DNA from: Chara braunii
Taxonomy: Eukaryota; Plantae; Charophyceae
Reading direction: 5' to 3'
Length of the DNA: 64,000 bases
NCBI GenBank assembly: GCA_003427395.1
Contig: BFEA01000040.1
Coordinates: 4,180,568-4,244,567 of the forward strand
Shown: piece after piece, positions 51,109 to 64,000 of the stretch
How the letters are laid out: every line of letters starts with the position of its first letter
Numbering within the stretch: position 1 is the first letter of the stretch
Program-made: the position numbers and the translations under genes
Notes under the pieces: generated by a model
Database searches by the model: none
What the model was told of the DNA's origin: nothing
Seen by the model: the letters and a program-made list of their open reading frames with translations, nothing else

Positions 51109-51434
51109 ACAGCCATTTCGTCAAAACGGACATGTTTGATTTTTTGAAGGAAATTGGAAAATCCAAACCGGGGCCAAAATTTGATAATTTTGGGTACGAC
51201 ATTCTGAAAATGCCCTTACCCCTCGATGTATCTGGACTCAGCAAAAGTCCACATACATCCAGGGGCTACGGCGCTCCCCCTGGATGTATGTGGACTCTGG
51301 CTGAGACCAGATACATCGAGGGGGTAGGGCGTTTTCAGAACGCCGTACCGAAAACCTCATCAAATTTTGGCCCCAGTTTGGATTTTTAATTTCGTTCAAA
51401 AAATGAAACAAGTCCATTCTGACAAAATCGCTGT
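51109..51434. mobile_element. MITE of the same family as 45078-45411; right end duplicated to about 51508
   Basis: Same TIR acagccatttcgtcaaaacggac; internal palindrome. Confidence 0.85.
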
Positions 51435-51797
51435 TCCGACGGCCCCAGTTTGGACTTTCAATTTCGTTCAAAAAATAAAACAAGTCAATTCTGACGAAAT
51501 CGCTTTTCAGATGGGCCGGCAGGTGCCGAGTTCCCTACGGCACAGTCAGTTTCCAAATGGCTGCTAGCTGTCTTTGAGGATATCTTAAAAGTTCAAAGCT
51601 TTTGCAATTTAGATTAATAGTGGTGTCTACTCTTACCAGCATCAAGCACTGAAGGGGGTGTTTAAAAAAAAAAAAAGAAAAAAAAAAAGAGGTTATATCA
51701 TTATATGACATATATGTTCCTTTATATATATATATCGTCACAAACAGAACTGCCCGGTAAAACCGTAGGCAGAGAGAGAGAAGAGGACAATAAACGA

Positions 51798-51854
51798 GGG
51801 GCTGTGACAAACTGTTTCGTCGGAGTTTCACCGACTCATCAGGAGGCTGAACCC
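51798..51854 (-). ncRNA. Hammerhead-like motif, copy 1 (stem I imperfect)
   Basis: CUGAUGA-GUCGG-UGAAACU-CCGAC-GAAAC-AGUUU-GUC. Confidence 0.6.
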
Positions 51855-51934
51855 TCAACAGTCTGCAGAATCCCCTCACTGATTACACTGTAAATGATTA
51901 TCGTCAAATAGAACTGCCCGGTAAAACGTAGGCA

Positions 51935-51991
51935 GGGGCTGTGACAAACTGTTTCGTCGGAGTTTCACCGACTCATCAGGAGGCTGAACCC
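51935..51991 (-). ncRNA. Hammerhead-like motif, copy 2 (tandem duplicate)
   Basis: Identical to 51798-51854 inside the tandem duplication 51732-52036. Confidence 0.6.
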
Positions 51992-53590
51992 TCAACAGTC
52001 TGCAGAATCCCCTCACTGATTACACTGTAAATGATAATCTACCTTAACCAAAACCGAAGTAGACTATCACTCACCCACACCATATATATATTCCTTAGAC
52101 TGACAAAACTTAGTGCCAACGGACTGTGATAGTCCTCTGGATACCCCTGATCGGTATCAGCGGGGTCTATGACCAACATGGGTGTGAGTGTGAGGGCGAG
52201 TGGGTTGTGTGTGGTGTGTGGGAGAGTGTTGGCCATAGCCTCTGCTGCTACTCGATGAAGGGTGGGGGACGATGAGAAAGGGAGGCACAGCTACTGGCAG
52301 GTCTCGGTCTTTGTGTTAGCCAGACCCCCACTGGCGGCCCCAACCCTATACCCTAACCATTACGGGCAAGGGGCAACATGAAATCTCCCCTTCACAAAGA
52401 GAGAAAACTATGCTTGCAGGGGTCCCCTCTAGATAGTTTTAGGAGTACGTAGTGGAAGGTAAAAGAAACAGAAGTTGAGAGAAGAATATAGGGAAAAAAA
52501 AAAGAAACAGTTGTCTGATGACGGGCAGGTGGTAAGCAACTGAGGGCATACTCACGCGTTTTTTTAGCCATTTGGTCCCCGTGTGGTCACAGGGGCGGAC
52601 TTCGTCCAGAAAGGACGAAGGAGCGACCCTGACACTTCGCACTCAGGGCAAGTGCGCCAGGTCACAGGGGTGAGAACCAACCAAAAAGATGGAATTTGTT
52701 TTTTTTTTTTTTCCACACCAGTATAACTCGCTACAACGTAAATGGTTCTGGTCGCACTTCCAGTTGTTGGCGGGCTGTCTTCTTCGTCTACTATTTTCTT
52801 CAATTCGCGAACATAAAAAAAAAAAAAAAAAACGAAAGGTAATTTGAGACCACCTCTGGAGGTGGTGTCAAAAAGGGTCCTTCCACGTCCCCGCAGGCCG
52901 CTGACAAAAGGGTCACCATTTGAGGCATTTGGGTAGTGGGCCTCTCCAGTGTGACCCGAAAACTGACTCAAATTTTGGAATTTAGGGTCTTTTGGTCGTC
53001 GTGTGAGTGTGCCTTGACTCTCGACGGACCGATGGCAGGCAGTGCCTCCCCGAAGCAGGCACAACTTGAAGGTAAAAGAACTTGCATTGGCTTTCGCAGA
53101 CGTCGTACCAATCAGACTAGACAACAAAAGGCTGAAGACCGGAGATCTCTCTCAGCCAGATGGTGGAGATCAGGGCGAGGGAGGATGACCTGGAAGTGAA
53201 GGACAGAGGATTTGGAAAATGAGCGTGGGATACGGGAAGTAGGGACTGGGTAGCCCAACTATTCCAGTGATACGAGGCCAGAAGGCAATGCTGGCATGCA
53301 TTATACACTCCAGTCTTTGTTTTGGCACATTATGTCCTCCATGAGAGCAAAGCCTCACATTTGTGCCAAAGTTTCATTTTTTATTCTTTTGAAAATCCAT
53401 TGCAAAAAAAAAAAAAAAAAAAGCAAAGAAAAGGACTCCTGCCTCGGCGTGCAAATAAATTGATTTTTAAACAAGTGCTGGTTGGCCACTTCCAGTCATG
53501 TGACTGGAGCAGGCAACACTACTGGGCGCAACTTCTTCCAAGCATACGGGATACTGCGCCAAGTTTTTGACTTGATACGTCAGCATTGTC

Positions 53591-53765
53591 TTTTTTTCTT
53601 TTTTCTTTTTTCCTTTTTTTTTGTTTTTTTTTTGGAAAACTTCGTTTGCGGGAAGGCCACTTGACGAGGTGATAAGAGCAGCCCATCAAGTTGATCCCAG
53701 CGTGGAAGGCTCCATCTGTTGGTGGGGAGCATCACCTGCTGGAAATCGGGTCCAGCGTCCCTATG
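53591..53765 (-). mobile_element. Very short 5'-truncated retroposon consisting of the structured tail and poly(A)
   Basis: T tract 53591-53633, long hairpin, tail module 53709-53761. Confidence 0.75.
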
Positions 53766-53814
53766 CAACGATATATGAATTGTTTGGGTGGCATAGTACG
53801 GGGCCCGACAGTAG

Positions 53815-53960
53815 GGTTAGAGGAGAGCCAAGGCTGAGATGGAGCTTAAACTGTTGCAGGACAAGATGAGTAAGTTGCAAGCTAATGGGGATGAACCAAT
53901 CTTACAAGGGACGAACCTAAAGGAGCGAATGGATGAGGCGGCCTGTGACGCCCAACCTCA
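53815..53960 (+). pseudogene. Fragment of a PLE ORF1 relative
   Basis: AEMELKLLQDKM..GTNLKERMDEAA resembles AEKEAGLLREQV..GTNLRNRLEQVA of 33154-33627. Confidence 0.5.
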
Positions 53961-55340
53961 CGCCCAGCGCGACTTCCTGATCGGAGTAGGATGGGGGCCT
54001 GGAAGTGCGAAAAGGGGTTGACACTGTGCCAAGGATTTTAGGAAAGTCGGGGGGTGGAGTCCCTGGTCGGAACTGAGATCTCCTGTGGCGGGTTTTAGGG
54101 ACAACGGTGCAAAATGGGGCGCACGGATCGTATCCGGCGTTTCAGCCTTCGAGGATGGGGCTATGGCCTCGGCCAGTTGCGTCGCCGTGGTCGGTCCCTT
54201 GTCTGGTGGATTGGTGGGACACCGTGGCTGTCGTGCTGCTGTCCGTGCCGCTCGTAACAAGCTTCAGAGTCCGACAAGGCGGGTCGTAGGCAGAGGCTGT
54301 GCAATCGCTGCTCAGCTTCGGTTCGAGCTCGTCGGGTAGATCTCGAGGCCCGGCGTGCTTGGTACTGCTGGCAGTCCTTACACGGTGGGCTGGGCCAATA
54401 GCGAGCTATGGAATTCCACGGTACCACTGTGAGCTGGTGATATGGAAGGAGGAGATGGAAGGGTGGGAAGTTGGCGGTAATAACGACGAAGCCTGGGGAT
54501 GTGTAGTATTGAGTACTATCCATATCTGGGTAGTCTGGGCCCCTAGGGTCGCGGGTTATAGCCCAGTGGAAATCCCCTCCGCACAATCGGTCGTTCTCTG
54601 TCAGACAGGGGAATTCCGGGTTTCTCAAGTTTCCCCGTCGTCTAAGTTATTCACCTTCCCAGTACTCGCGATACTCCGGATCCCTCCGGTTTCCACAATC
54701 GGTGATCCAAAAGGGACTTCCTTCGGCCATATCTGGTTAATGAATGAGATTTCCCGCATCCTTACGATAAATTCGAGGTCGGCTCATGCAGACGCGTGCG
54801 TATGCTGCGACTCAGTTTCCTCGAGCTCACGGTTGTACGCGCACGTGCGCATGAGCGAAAGCGGATCGATCCGGCATCCGTCCCGAATGCAACTATCACA
54901 CTCGTGCTATGTTGGGTGAGACCCAGACTTCACATTCACATTCATGCCATTCATGCGATACAAGCAGGGAAGGGAAAGAACGATCAACGCCTCACAACAT
55001 TCCTGGCGATCTGACGACGACCAGAGACTAACGATTGAATCTAACATCCATATCGGGTGCTTTCCGTTAGATCTGAGAGTATTGTTCATACAGAGGGATA
55101 AGTAACGGGATTTGAATAAGACAGGCATTGCCAAAACAAGATTGGAAGTCCGAGAACTTCACTAGCGCAAAAAGAGTTCACATCCATTCATACATACATA
55201 CAAGGCAGAGGCGACAAAGAAAACTCGAGACGATTTGCAAGGAAAGATCCAAAAAGGCCGCGACAAAAAAATCGACCATAGCGGGAGGCAAAATTGTACA
55301 GACAAGCAAAAGAAAGAACCTCATCCCGCACCCACAACTG

Positions 55341-55449
<109 letters not shown>

Positions 55450-56439
55450 CGCTCTACACCCCCGATACAGGCACTCCGTCGCCACGTATCAACACAGAGT
55501 TGTCACCCCGCTTGGCTTGAGCATGCAAGCCAGGTTCGCCCATGCGCCGCTGTCCGTCGCGGCCCCGCACGTCAACCCCGCATACCCAGCTCGTCGGATC
55601 GCCCAACTCTCGCACTCACTTACCTTCCAAACTTGCTCGTTAGCCAACCCTCACTGATCGCGCTAACCTCGAAATTCTTAGAGAGAAAACTAATCGCACT
55701 TGCAAAATTTATAGTGTGCACGCTTGCGCGAAGGATACGGGATAAAACCCAAGTGGTGAAAAGGAGAAGAGAGGAAGTGCCTACGTCTGCATGTCTGGGC
55801 CGTGGCGTGGGGGACACAGCCACTCTCCGCGCATCGATCCGGGTATGCAAGCATAGGAACCAATCAGGTCGGGGAAGAAGGTGTGCATACGCGAGCGAGC
55901 ACAAGGTGGGAAGAGGGAAGAACACGAAGAACATCAAGAACAAGAAGATTACAGTTGCAATCACACCCGCCAAAACTTTTACAGTTAAGTGCAAGATTAA
56001 GGCGCAAAAAAAAGTCAGAACCGAGATCTTGTTGTGGCAAGGCGTGCGTAAGCAGGAAGCGTCACACATCAAAATTCAGAATGTGCCTAAATTCATAGCT
56101 TAAGTCTTAATTGCAAAGGAAAATTCCGAATAGAAAAACAATTCTGAGAGCCCGTGGGGGCTCGACATCAGTTGAAATTTAAAAAGAAAACGACATTCTC
56201 ACATGTTGATTGCACCAAAATCCCCAGTGCTCCCAACATAACAAGAAAGAAGCTATGGTACAGTTATTTCTCGCGCTCGCTAAGGCGCGATTACCCATCC
56301 GTTGGCACGGGATGTTCCTGGCACCGATCCGACAACTTTCAGCGGGAAACAAAGAAAAGAAACGAGGGCATCCTTGCGATTTGCCCGACCATCCCGTCTT
56401 TCCACATCTCACCCTCTTCGACCCTTCGTATTTCCCAAG

Positions 56440-58110
56440 CAGCTTCGCATAGAAAGTCGCACGATTACAAAAAATAGTTCGTCACAGGCCAAGAGATCGA
56501 TAAGGAAAGGGAAGAAGGTTACACCTAGAAGGGAAGCACCGAAGGTGGCCGAGTCTACAGTCAACAGGCGGTTTGACTTCATTGAAGAGCAGAGGAAGTA
56601 GCTTGGCACGTACAAGAAGTCTGGGTTGGAGCCCCTTTGCAAGGAAGCGGGCATATCTATCACTACGCTGAGGCAGGTGATTGAGGAGCTTGCCGATCAT
56701 CGAGTGAATTTATCATTTGGTAAACAAAAAGAAACCAAAGAAGCGGGTGGTAAGTGCTTTGTACAAGTACTGGAGGATAATAGTACGCACCATAAAGATG
56801 GGGCAGCAAGCTCGGAAGGAGATCGACCTGATGAGCTATAGGGAACCTTCCCGGACGCGGCCACCTTATGGTCATAGGCGACCTTTAGTCGGGAGAAGCG
56901 ACATGTTTCACGAGCTACCTTTTCCACTCAACTCCGAGTCCTTGTCTTCTGCGAGCTTTTTCTCTAAGACTTCCTTTGAGGTTTCCTCTTCCTCTTCCTC
57001 TTCTTCTTGCTCTCCTCCTACTTCTTCTTTCTCGGCTACTGACTTGGATCCTGTCTCAGGTAAGGAGAATGAGTTTGATTTGTATCTCTGGGATAAAAAG
57101 TTCAGTGGCTTCTTTCGTTTGACGGTCCTTCGGTTGATCTTGGTTGGTCTTGTTCCATGAGCCGATAAGTTTCGCGATTATTTGCAAGGTGTTGCCGATG
57201 AGGGTCTTAATTTCGAAACGTGTGAAGGGTCTCTGGTTTATGTATTGGTTTCTCCCTGGTCAAAACATGTTTACATCGGGTTAACTACTCGCTCGCTACA
57301 TATATGATGGAATAGATGTGTATCGGACTGCCTACTCGGAAATCATCGAAGGAGGTAAACGCAATCATAAGTTGTATGTGTGGCTTATGAAATGTGGGAT
57401 TGAGCAGTATGTTTGCCTTTCGTTCCTCCGATGTAAGTTAGACAAGGTGTTGATTTTGGAGAGGGTTGCTAATCCCTATTTAAACTCTTGTGATCGATGC
57501 AAGAATTTGAGGAGCGGGAGAGATGTCGGAGGAAAAAACGGAATGGAATAGGAATGGAGAAGGTTGTTGTCGTTGTGCACATAATTTTTTATTCCATTGT
57601 TGGGATGAATTCGCCTCGTCTCTCTACAATCCTTGACTTTTGTATCAATGGAAAAATGTCTTCTGTAGGGATTGTCTGTCGGGATGGGAGTAGGTTTGTG
57701 GAGCAATGGAAGGTAATTAAGCAAAGGTTCGGTTCGTCGGTTGTCAAGCATAATAGACGATGTGAGTTGTTGAAGAAAGTGGGGGGGGACGATTCTTGCT
57801 TATTTCTCCAATAGGGTCATTTTGCTCTCAGTACCTAGCTCTCAAGCCTTCCTTGGTGGGACTCTTGTCTAATCCTGTGTCCCGACGGGGGTTGATGGGC
57901 TTGGACTTGGCGACAATGGTTTAAAGTTTTTTGGTTATCCGCCATAATCAGATTTTTCAGAAAAGTGGCCATACTCTTCTTTACGATCTACTGTCTCAGC
58001 AAGCCGCAAGCATGGGGTGAGTTCGCAACAACGTATGATAGTTAGGGTCACGTTTGACGAGGTGTTGAGTAAGCTCGTGATTAGGGCCTTTTGTGAAGAA
58101 GTGGTCATGA
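56440..58110 (+). mobile_element. PLE-3 fragment: ORF1 C-terminus, GIY-YIG and linker
   Basis: KKSGLEPLCKEAGI..IEELA (about 56610-56700); LVYVLVSPWSKHVYIGLTTR (about 57230); NHKLYVWLMKCGIEQYV; FVEQWKVIKQRFG matches PLE-1 WIDKWKVVRKKAG. Confidence 0.8.
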
Positions 58111-58318
58111 AGGAAAGGGAAAAAAAAAAAAAAAAAAAAGGAAAAAAAAAAAGAAAGAAGAAAAAACAAGAAACAACAAATTCAACAAAAAAAGAAAAAC
58201 AGGGAAATTGGCGAGAAGGGAAGAGAAAAGAGTGCGCTTGGTCGCAAAATATGTCCTCAGGCTCAGTAGTCCAGTCGCCCTGCTTCCAATTGTCTTTTTA
58301 TCTCGCCATTCCCCTTCT

Positions 58319-58359
<41 letters not shown>

Positions 58360-59128
58360 CGTACTTCATGTCAAGCATGCTGAAGCATAATACGAAAACC
58401 GCATTACCATCGAGCTCCGAAATAGTATATCAGCATACCCCCGCAATCCTTATCAGGCGTGCACAGGACACCCCTTGCCACTTCGCCCGTCTCATGGGAT
58501 TCTCGCGTATGAATCATGAACATACCCTTACCCCACGTATGCGTGAACTGTTGGCCCAGAGATATGTCCTTCGGAGGGTGAATAGTTTGTCATTAAGGAG
58601 AGGAAACAACAGGAAAAAAATATATATATAGAGAGAGAGAAACATAAACAAGGAAGGAACAAAAAAGATAGAAAAGCATAAAAAATGGGGGGGGGGAAAT
58701 GGGAAACGAAGAGAAGAAGAAAAAACGAATCACACATCCACTGATCTACGAAATCTGAAGACAGTCGTGAGTGCCTTCGGTCGGTTGTTGATTATCACGA
58801 CAATCAAAACCTGCGCACGGGATATTGTGCAGGAACGTGACCGAGTTCAGGTTGAAAAGGTTCATTCGTCATGTACCGCAAGCACGTTAATCACACTTAG
58901 GAATACACCTCCGTGATCCGAGCTTAGTATGTTCTGTCAGTATCACGGTCCTGACAACATGGCATACTCGTCCCATCAGACAGTGCAGTCCCCCCCCAAA
59001 AAAAAACAGAGGGGGAGTCCATGTCTGTCTCATTGGCGTGTGTATAGATCCGTCTAATCTCTTTGAATTATTACCGGTGGGGGATGTATGCCATGGGTAG
59101 CATTAATACTCGTATCCGAGCTAGAGAA

Positions 59129-59945
59129 CCATCGGCGCCTCTTACCATAGTATCCATCGCCCCCGCCGATCCTCGTCGGTTGGTATGCGGACGGATCTTA
59201 TACTAAGGGGCAGCCTCGTCCGTCACAAGAAATTATATATATATATATATCCTTTTATGTATAAAAATACTCTCGTTATTTTCCACCCCTGTTCGGTGCC
59301 ATCTGTCATAATATCGATCCCTTCGTCGTCGTTGGGCGAAGGTGGATAGATGCTATGCTCAGAGGCGACCAATCAGGCGAAAAACATACGTTCACGTAGC
59401 GGGTCATATCCTGCATCCACTACCCATTCATATCAGTTCCCTCGGTCATTCATTCATACAACGATCGTAGACCCAAAGCATGTGAGAGCATCATTCAGAG
59501 ACAGAAGCATGTTGAGAGCTCATCCATTCTCGTATTCGAGACAAGGGGCTATCGGCGCCTCCTACCATAATATCCATCGCCCTCGCTGATCTTTGTCGGT
59601 CAGTACGCAGATGGATTCTATGCTAAGGGGCAGCCTTGCCTGTCATAAGAAATTTTTCATATATATATATATATCATTTCATGCACAAAAATATGTCCTT
59701 ATCACTTTCTACTCATGCTCCATAGCATCGGTTGGTGCCATCTGCCATAATATCGATCCCTTCGTCGTCTCGGACGAAGGTGGATAGATGCTATGCTCAG
59801 AGGCGACCGAACATGAGAAGAAAATTCATATCCTGTATCTATTCCCCCTTCATACCATTCCCCATACCATTCATTCATACAACGATCATAGACTCAAAGC
59901 GTGTGAGAGCATCATTCAGAGACAGAAATATGTTGAGAACACATT
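59129..59945. repeat. Diverged tandem duplication of an about 420-bp unit
   Basis: atcggcgcctc..ccat...gagagcatcattcagagacagaa occurs twice. Confidence 0.85.
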
Positions 59946-61912
59946 CATCGCCTCCTTTGCAACCAAAGATTGAATTCTCTTCCGGCCAAAAAGTTGAAGT
60001 ATCTTTCTCATCCCCTCCCCCTTCAAACAGCAATCAACACGACGCGAAGATCTTGTGCAAAAAATGAATGAACATGAAACAACCAGCTGCATCCCCAGAG
60101 GCAGTTCCACATAATACGGGAGATCTGCCACGACAGCCAAAGCAGGGAGGGTAGTGGCGATCCCTGAAGCGCTTTTCTGCCGCTAGCCACCAATACACGG
60201 CTTCATTAGAGGGAACACCTGCTCTGTAGTCATGCGTGCTTAGGGAGTTGGAGAGGTGAAGGCGACGGCATAGCCTGCAAGTGGTGCAAAAAGGCTAGAA
60301 AATAAAGGAATGCCAGCAGAGCGACAAACACGAGCAGAACATAGGCAGACATTTCGATAGCCACCCCCATCTTCTCTTCCATCTCCCCCCTGTTCAATGC
60401 CATCGACCCCAACTCAGCCAATCTACAAACTACCCAGCGTAGGAATTGCAGTGGGAAGAAGATTAGCATTCTCAGCCGATCACCTGCTTACACGTGAAGC
60501 AAGAGTAGCGCAAAGAAAGGAATAGACGTGCAGTATCTTAGCGCATGCGTGGCAACTGAAGCACCGGAGGTGAGGGCGAGGAAGCTTATACCCTGTCTTC
60601 TTCGTCGTCGATCATCCGGTCCAGCAAGTCCTGATCCACCTGGTAGTCCATGGCGAAGGCAGCAGCGAGGCACCGACTTCCCGATGCAGGGCTTCAAACA
60701 CCGAATGTCTGTTCCTCTGTCAACTCAAAAAGTTCGTTGCCGTTCGGTCCGCAACTCCAGATTGTTGTCGAGCGGGAAGCCAGTGCGCTGCTGTGATGAT
60801 GGGAGTCGGGGGGATGTTCCACTGGCTCAAATAGAACCCCGCCATCGTCATTATCTGGAGATAGCTCCCGCACGAATGATGGTAGTGACGTACAGCGGGG
60901 GCGGCTCGAATCAGCCAGAAAAAGAAAAAATGAAAAAATTGTAAAAAAAAAAAAAGCCTCTAGATGACCCCCCTTGATTGGGGTGATACGATCCGTATCC
61001 CGCGCCATCCGATCTTCCCCGCCCACTTGGCCGAAACGTTTCTGCCGGCAATTAGTGCAAAGAAGGGAGAAAGCCGCAAAGAAAGTGAAAAGAGAAGGAA
61101 AGAAAAGAATGGAAAAAAATGGAAAAGGACAAAAAACAGAAGAGACACGGAAGAAGGGGGGTACAAGCGCAAAAGAAGAAAACGCGGAAACAGAAAAGAG
61201 AAAAGTAGCTTTGTCACCGTCACCCTTGAGGGCCTTGAGGGGTGATGCCCTCGTGCGATACAAGCGTCAAAGGTGATTCTCGGTGGGAAGTAGAATTCGT
61301 ACCATCAGGCAGAATCGAAAACAAAAAAAAGAAAAAAAGAAGAGAAAAGGAAAAGAAAAAGGAAAAAGAAAAAAGAAAAAAGAAAAAAGAAGAAAGAAAA
61401 AACGAATGCAAGAATCAAAAACAGAAAAAAAAAATAAACACAAAAAACAGAAACGAAGGAAAGGACGGAGGGCCCCAAAGCAACGCTTATCACCCTTAGA
61501 GGATACGAATCATGCTACCATCCTCCTGCTTGTCCTGTCAGTTGGGCGAAACGCCGTCTCTCAGAGAATGCGCAGCTTTTGCTGCTTGTTTTCATTGCGC
61601 ACATGGGATGTGCGCAAAATTTGATCTATGTTTTATTATTTGGGTTGTGTGTGTTTCCTTGGCCCATAACTGTCTCCCTGCGCCCGTTCCATCGTGGTAT
61701 ATTATGCTTTCGGATGTGTAAGCACGTCAAGCTGCCTTGACTTGCCATCATTCTGTACCATTCCCATCAGGGTATTGTCTTATTGTTTATTATTTGTTTA
61801 TTTATTCGTTCTGTTCTCCCTCTTTTTTGTGTGTCCTTACCATTTGTTGCCTGTGCTCAGTGAAGCCCTTCTCCCTTCGATCGTCCTCTCCCTTCGTCCC
61901 CCTGTTATGTGC

Positions 61913-62103
<191 letters not shown>

Positions 62104-62864
62104 ATGTAGCACGCATCGTGTCAGTGGTCGGGACCACAAGGGCATACGCTAACCTAAAAAAGAAAGGGGAAACAAGATTTTTTCCTTTTCAAAATTCTAA
62201 TACTAAGCGCAAACTTTCTATTTAAATACAATGTACATGCGACTTCTATACGAGAAAAATGGAAAAACTTGTCTCGTTTCTCTTTTTATTTTCCAGGACC
62301 GCGGCCACGGTCCTGTGTCTGTAAGGACTGCCCGCCCCCCTAGATGCCCCTGCTTTCAATTTTGACACCCTTCCGATGACGGGGTCGTACGAAGGATACG
62401 TATAACGAACAAAGAAGAAAATCAGTCAGGTGTATAAACACAACTTTTTTTTTTCTTTTTTTTTTGTGGAGAGTGTCACATGCGGGCAGCGAACAGCTAA
62501 AGATGCAACATACGGACTGCAAAAAAACGGCCTCAAACAATATTCCCAAACTGTGAAATGACCATTGCCTAGCAAACCGCCTGAGGGCCAAGAGCAGCCA
62601 ACCAGCCGCAAATGAGGGGCAACTGACAAACATCAGTTATGTGTGCCTGCTACGGGCCCTTTTTTCGGCTCGTTGCCCTTAACACACACAAAAAGGAGCT
62701 TCAGAAAAAAAGGCTCGGAGGTACTCGTGGCCATCCTGCCAAACAATCACAAATAGCAGATTGTCTACCGCGTGGGCGTGGGAAACAACCACCCTCAGGT
62801 AGCCAAAGGAATGAGACTAAGTGCACGCAGGAGAGGGAGAGGGGGAGAGAGAAGAGCGCACACA

Positions 62865-62929
<65 letters not shown>

Positions 62930-63227
62930 AAGAGAGAGAGAGGGAGAGAGAAAGAGAGGCTGAAGTCCAATTTTCAGCATTTTCCACGCATTCTTCAGAG
63001 CGCGAAAAATCATTGGCCCACACATGGTTGAGTGGCAAATGGAAAATATGTCGAATGTGCGTGGCGATTATTTCGCAGTCTTAGATATTTTTAAAAATGT
63101 TCTGATATTTTTCCTAGAAAAATCACGACCCAATTTACAAATTCTCAAATTTTCTGATTTTTTTGCGAACCCTTCTGAGCAGAAAAAATTGTCAAGGTTG
63201 CCTCTTGNAAATTGCGGGACTGGACCC

Positions 63228-63657
63228 GCCGGTACCCCTTTAGTGTAGGGACCTGGTGGAAAGCAACGTTGACGCCCTTCTGCATCAGACTTTCCCTCAA
63301 CGCCTGGGCCTGAAGGCATTGGCCCCTTTTCTTTTTGGGGTCCGCTTCCACCCGAGGACCGGTCCTTCCTTTTTCCAAAACTCCTGTTTCTACCAAAGCT
63401 AGCTGTAGGTAGTATGCAATTTCGCCAAGGACCGGTTCCCCCCGCCGGTACCCCTTTTGTGTAGGGACCTGGTGGAAAGCAACGTTGACGCCCGCCCGCA
63501 TCAGACTTTCCCTCAACGCCAGGGCCTGAAGGCATTGGCCCCTTTTCTTTTTGGGGTCCGCTTCCACCCGAGGACCGGTCCTTCCTTTTTCCAAAACTCC
63601 TGTTTCTACCAAACCTAGCTGTAGGTAGTATGCAATTTCGCCAAGGACCGGTTCCCC
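63228..63657. repeat. Near-perfect tandem duplication of an about 216-bp unit
   Basis: gccggtacccctt..gtgtagggacctggtgg...aggaccggttcccc twice. Confidence 0.9.
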
Positions 63658-63807
63658 AAATTTTTTTGCCCCCTAAGAACCCACGTTGCGTCCTGGTCGC
63701 CCGCCGTAAAAAATACGATACCTTGGGCTGCAAACAACAGAATGTCTACCGCATGGGCGCGGGGAACGCAGCCCTAAGGTAGCCAAAGCAATGAAACTAC
63801 GAGCGCG

Positions 63808-63809
<2 letters not shown>

Positions 63810-63871
<62 letters not shown>

Positions 63872-64000
63872 ATGTTTTATTTGTTAATACGAGTGAAAGA
63901 GAAAGATAGAGAGTGGGAGAGAGAAAGAAAGAGAGAGAGAGAGAGGGAGGGAGAGAGAGGGACTCATAGAGAAGAAGAGACTCACACATCGAGAGAGAGA
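63810..64000. repeat. (GA)n-rich tract
   Basis: Directly visible; preceded by a motif also found before the (GA)n at 62762-62960. Confidence 0.9.

Noticed and set aside
54000-55150. GC-rich ORFs, possible LTR or host exons
   Set aside because: No recognisable motifs, paired LTR or splice structure that I can support.
63068-63733. 221-aa ORF with internal repeat
   Set aside because: Explained by the tandem duplication; no recognisable domain.

Overview
Eukaryotic, gapped, almost entirely repetitive DNA; I recognise no host protein-coding gene. The element content (Penelope-like elements with GIY-YIG upstream of RT, long-ORF1 L1/Tx1 LINEs, plant-type U6) suggests a green-lineage genome such as the charophyte Chara; this is inference. 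Contents: three decayed Penelope-like element (PLE) families of Naiad/Chlamys architecture with hammerhead ribozymes and an extra upstream ORF; four decayed L1/Tx1-clade LINEs; a tRNA-headed SINE with a 16-bp TSD; a U6 pseudogene; several MITEs and a MULE; microsatellites. The strongest signal is RNA structure. (i) Seven covarying copies of a fold with SRP/7SL Alu-domain topology (helix-GUAA-helix three-way junction) lie mostly in pairs inside non-coding poly(A)-tailed retroposons. (ii) These retroposons share with the LINEs a covarying 3' hairpin + H-type pseudoknot module, often followed by a long hairpin with a CUC(U/G)UA(C/U)CA apex. Together this looks like an Alu-like parasite/LINE partner system. 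All structures were paired by eye, not computed, and element boundaries without a TSD are approximate.
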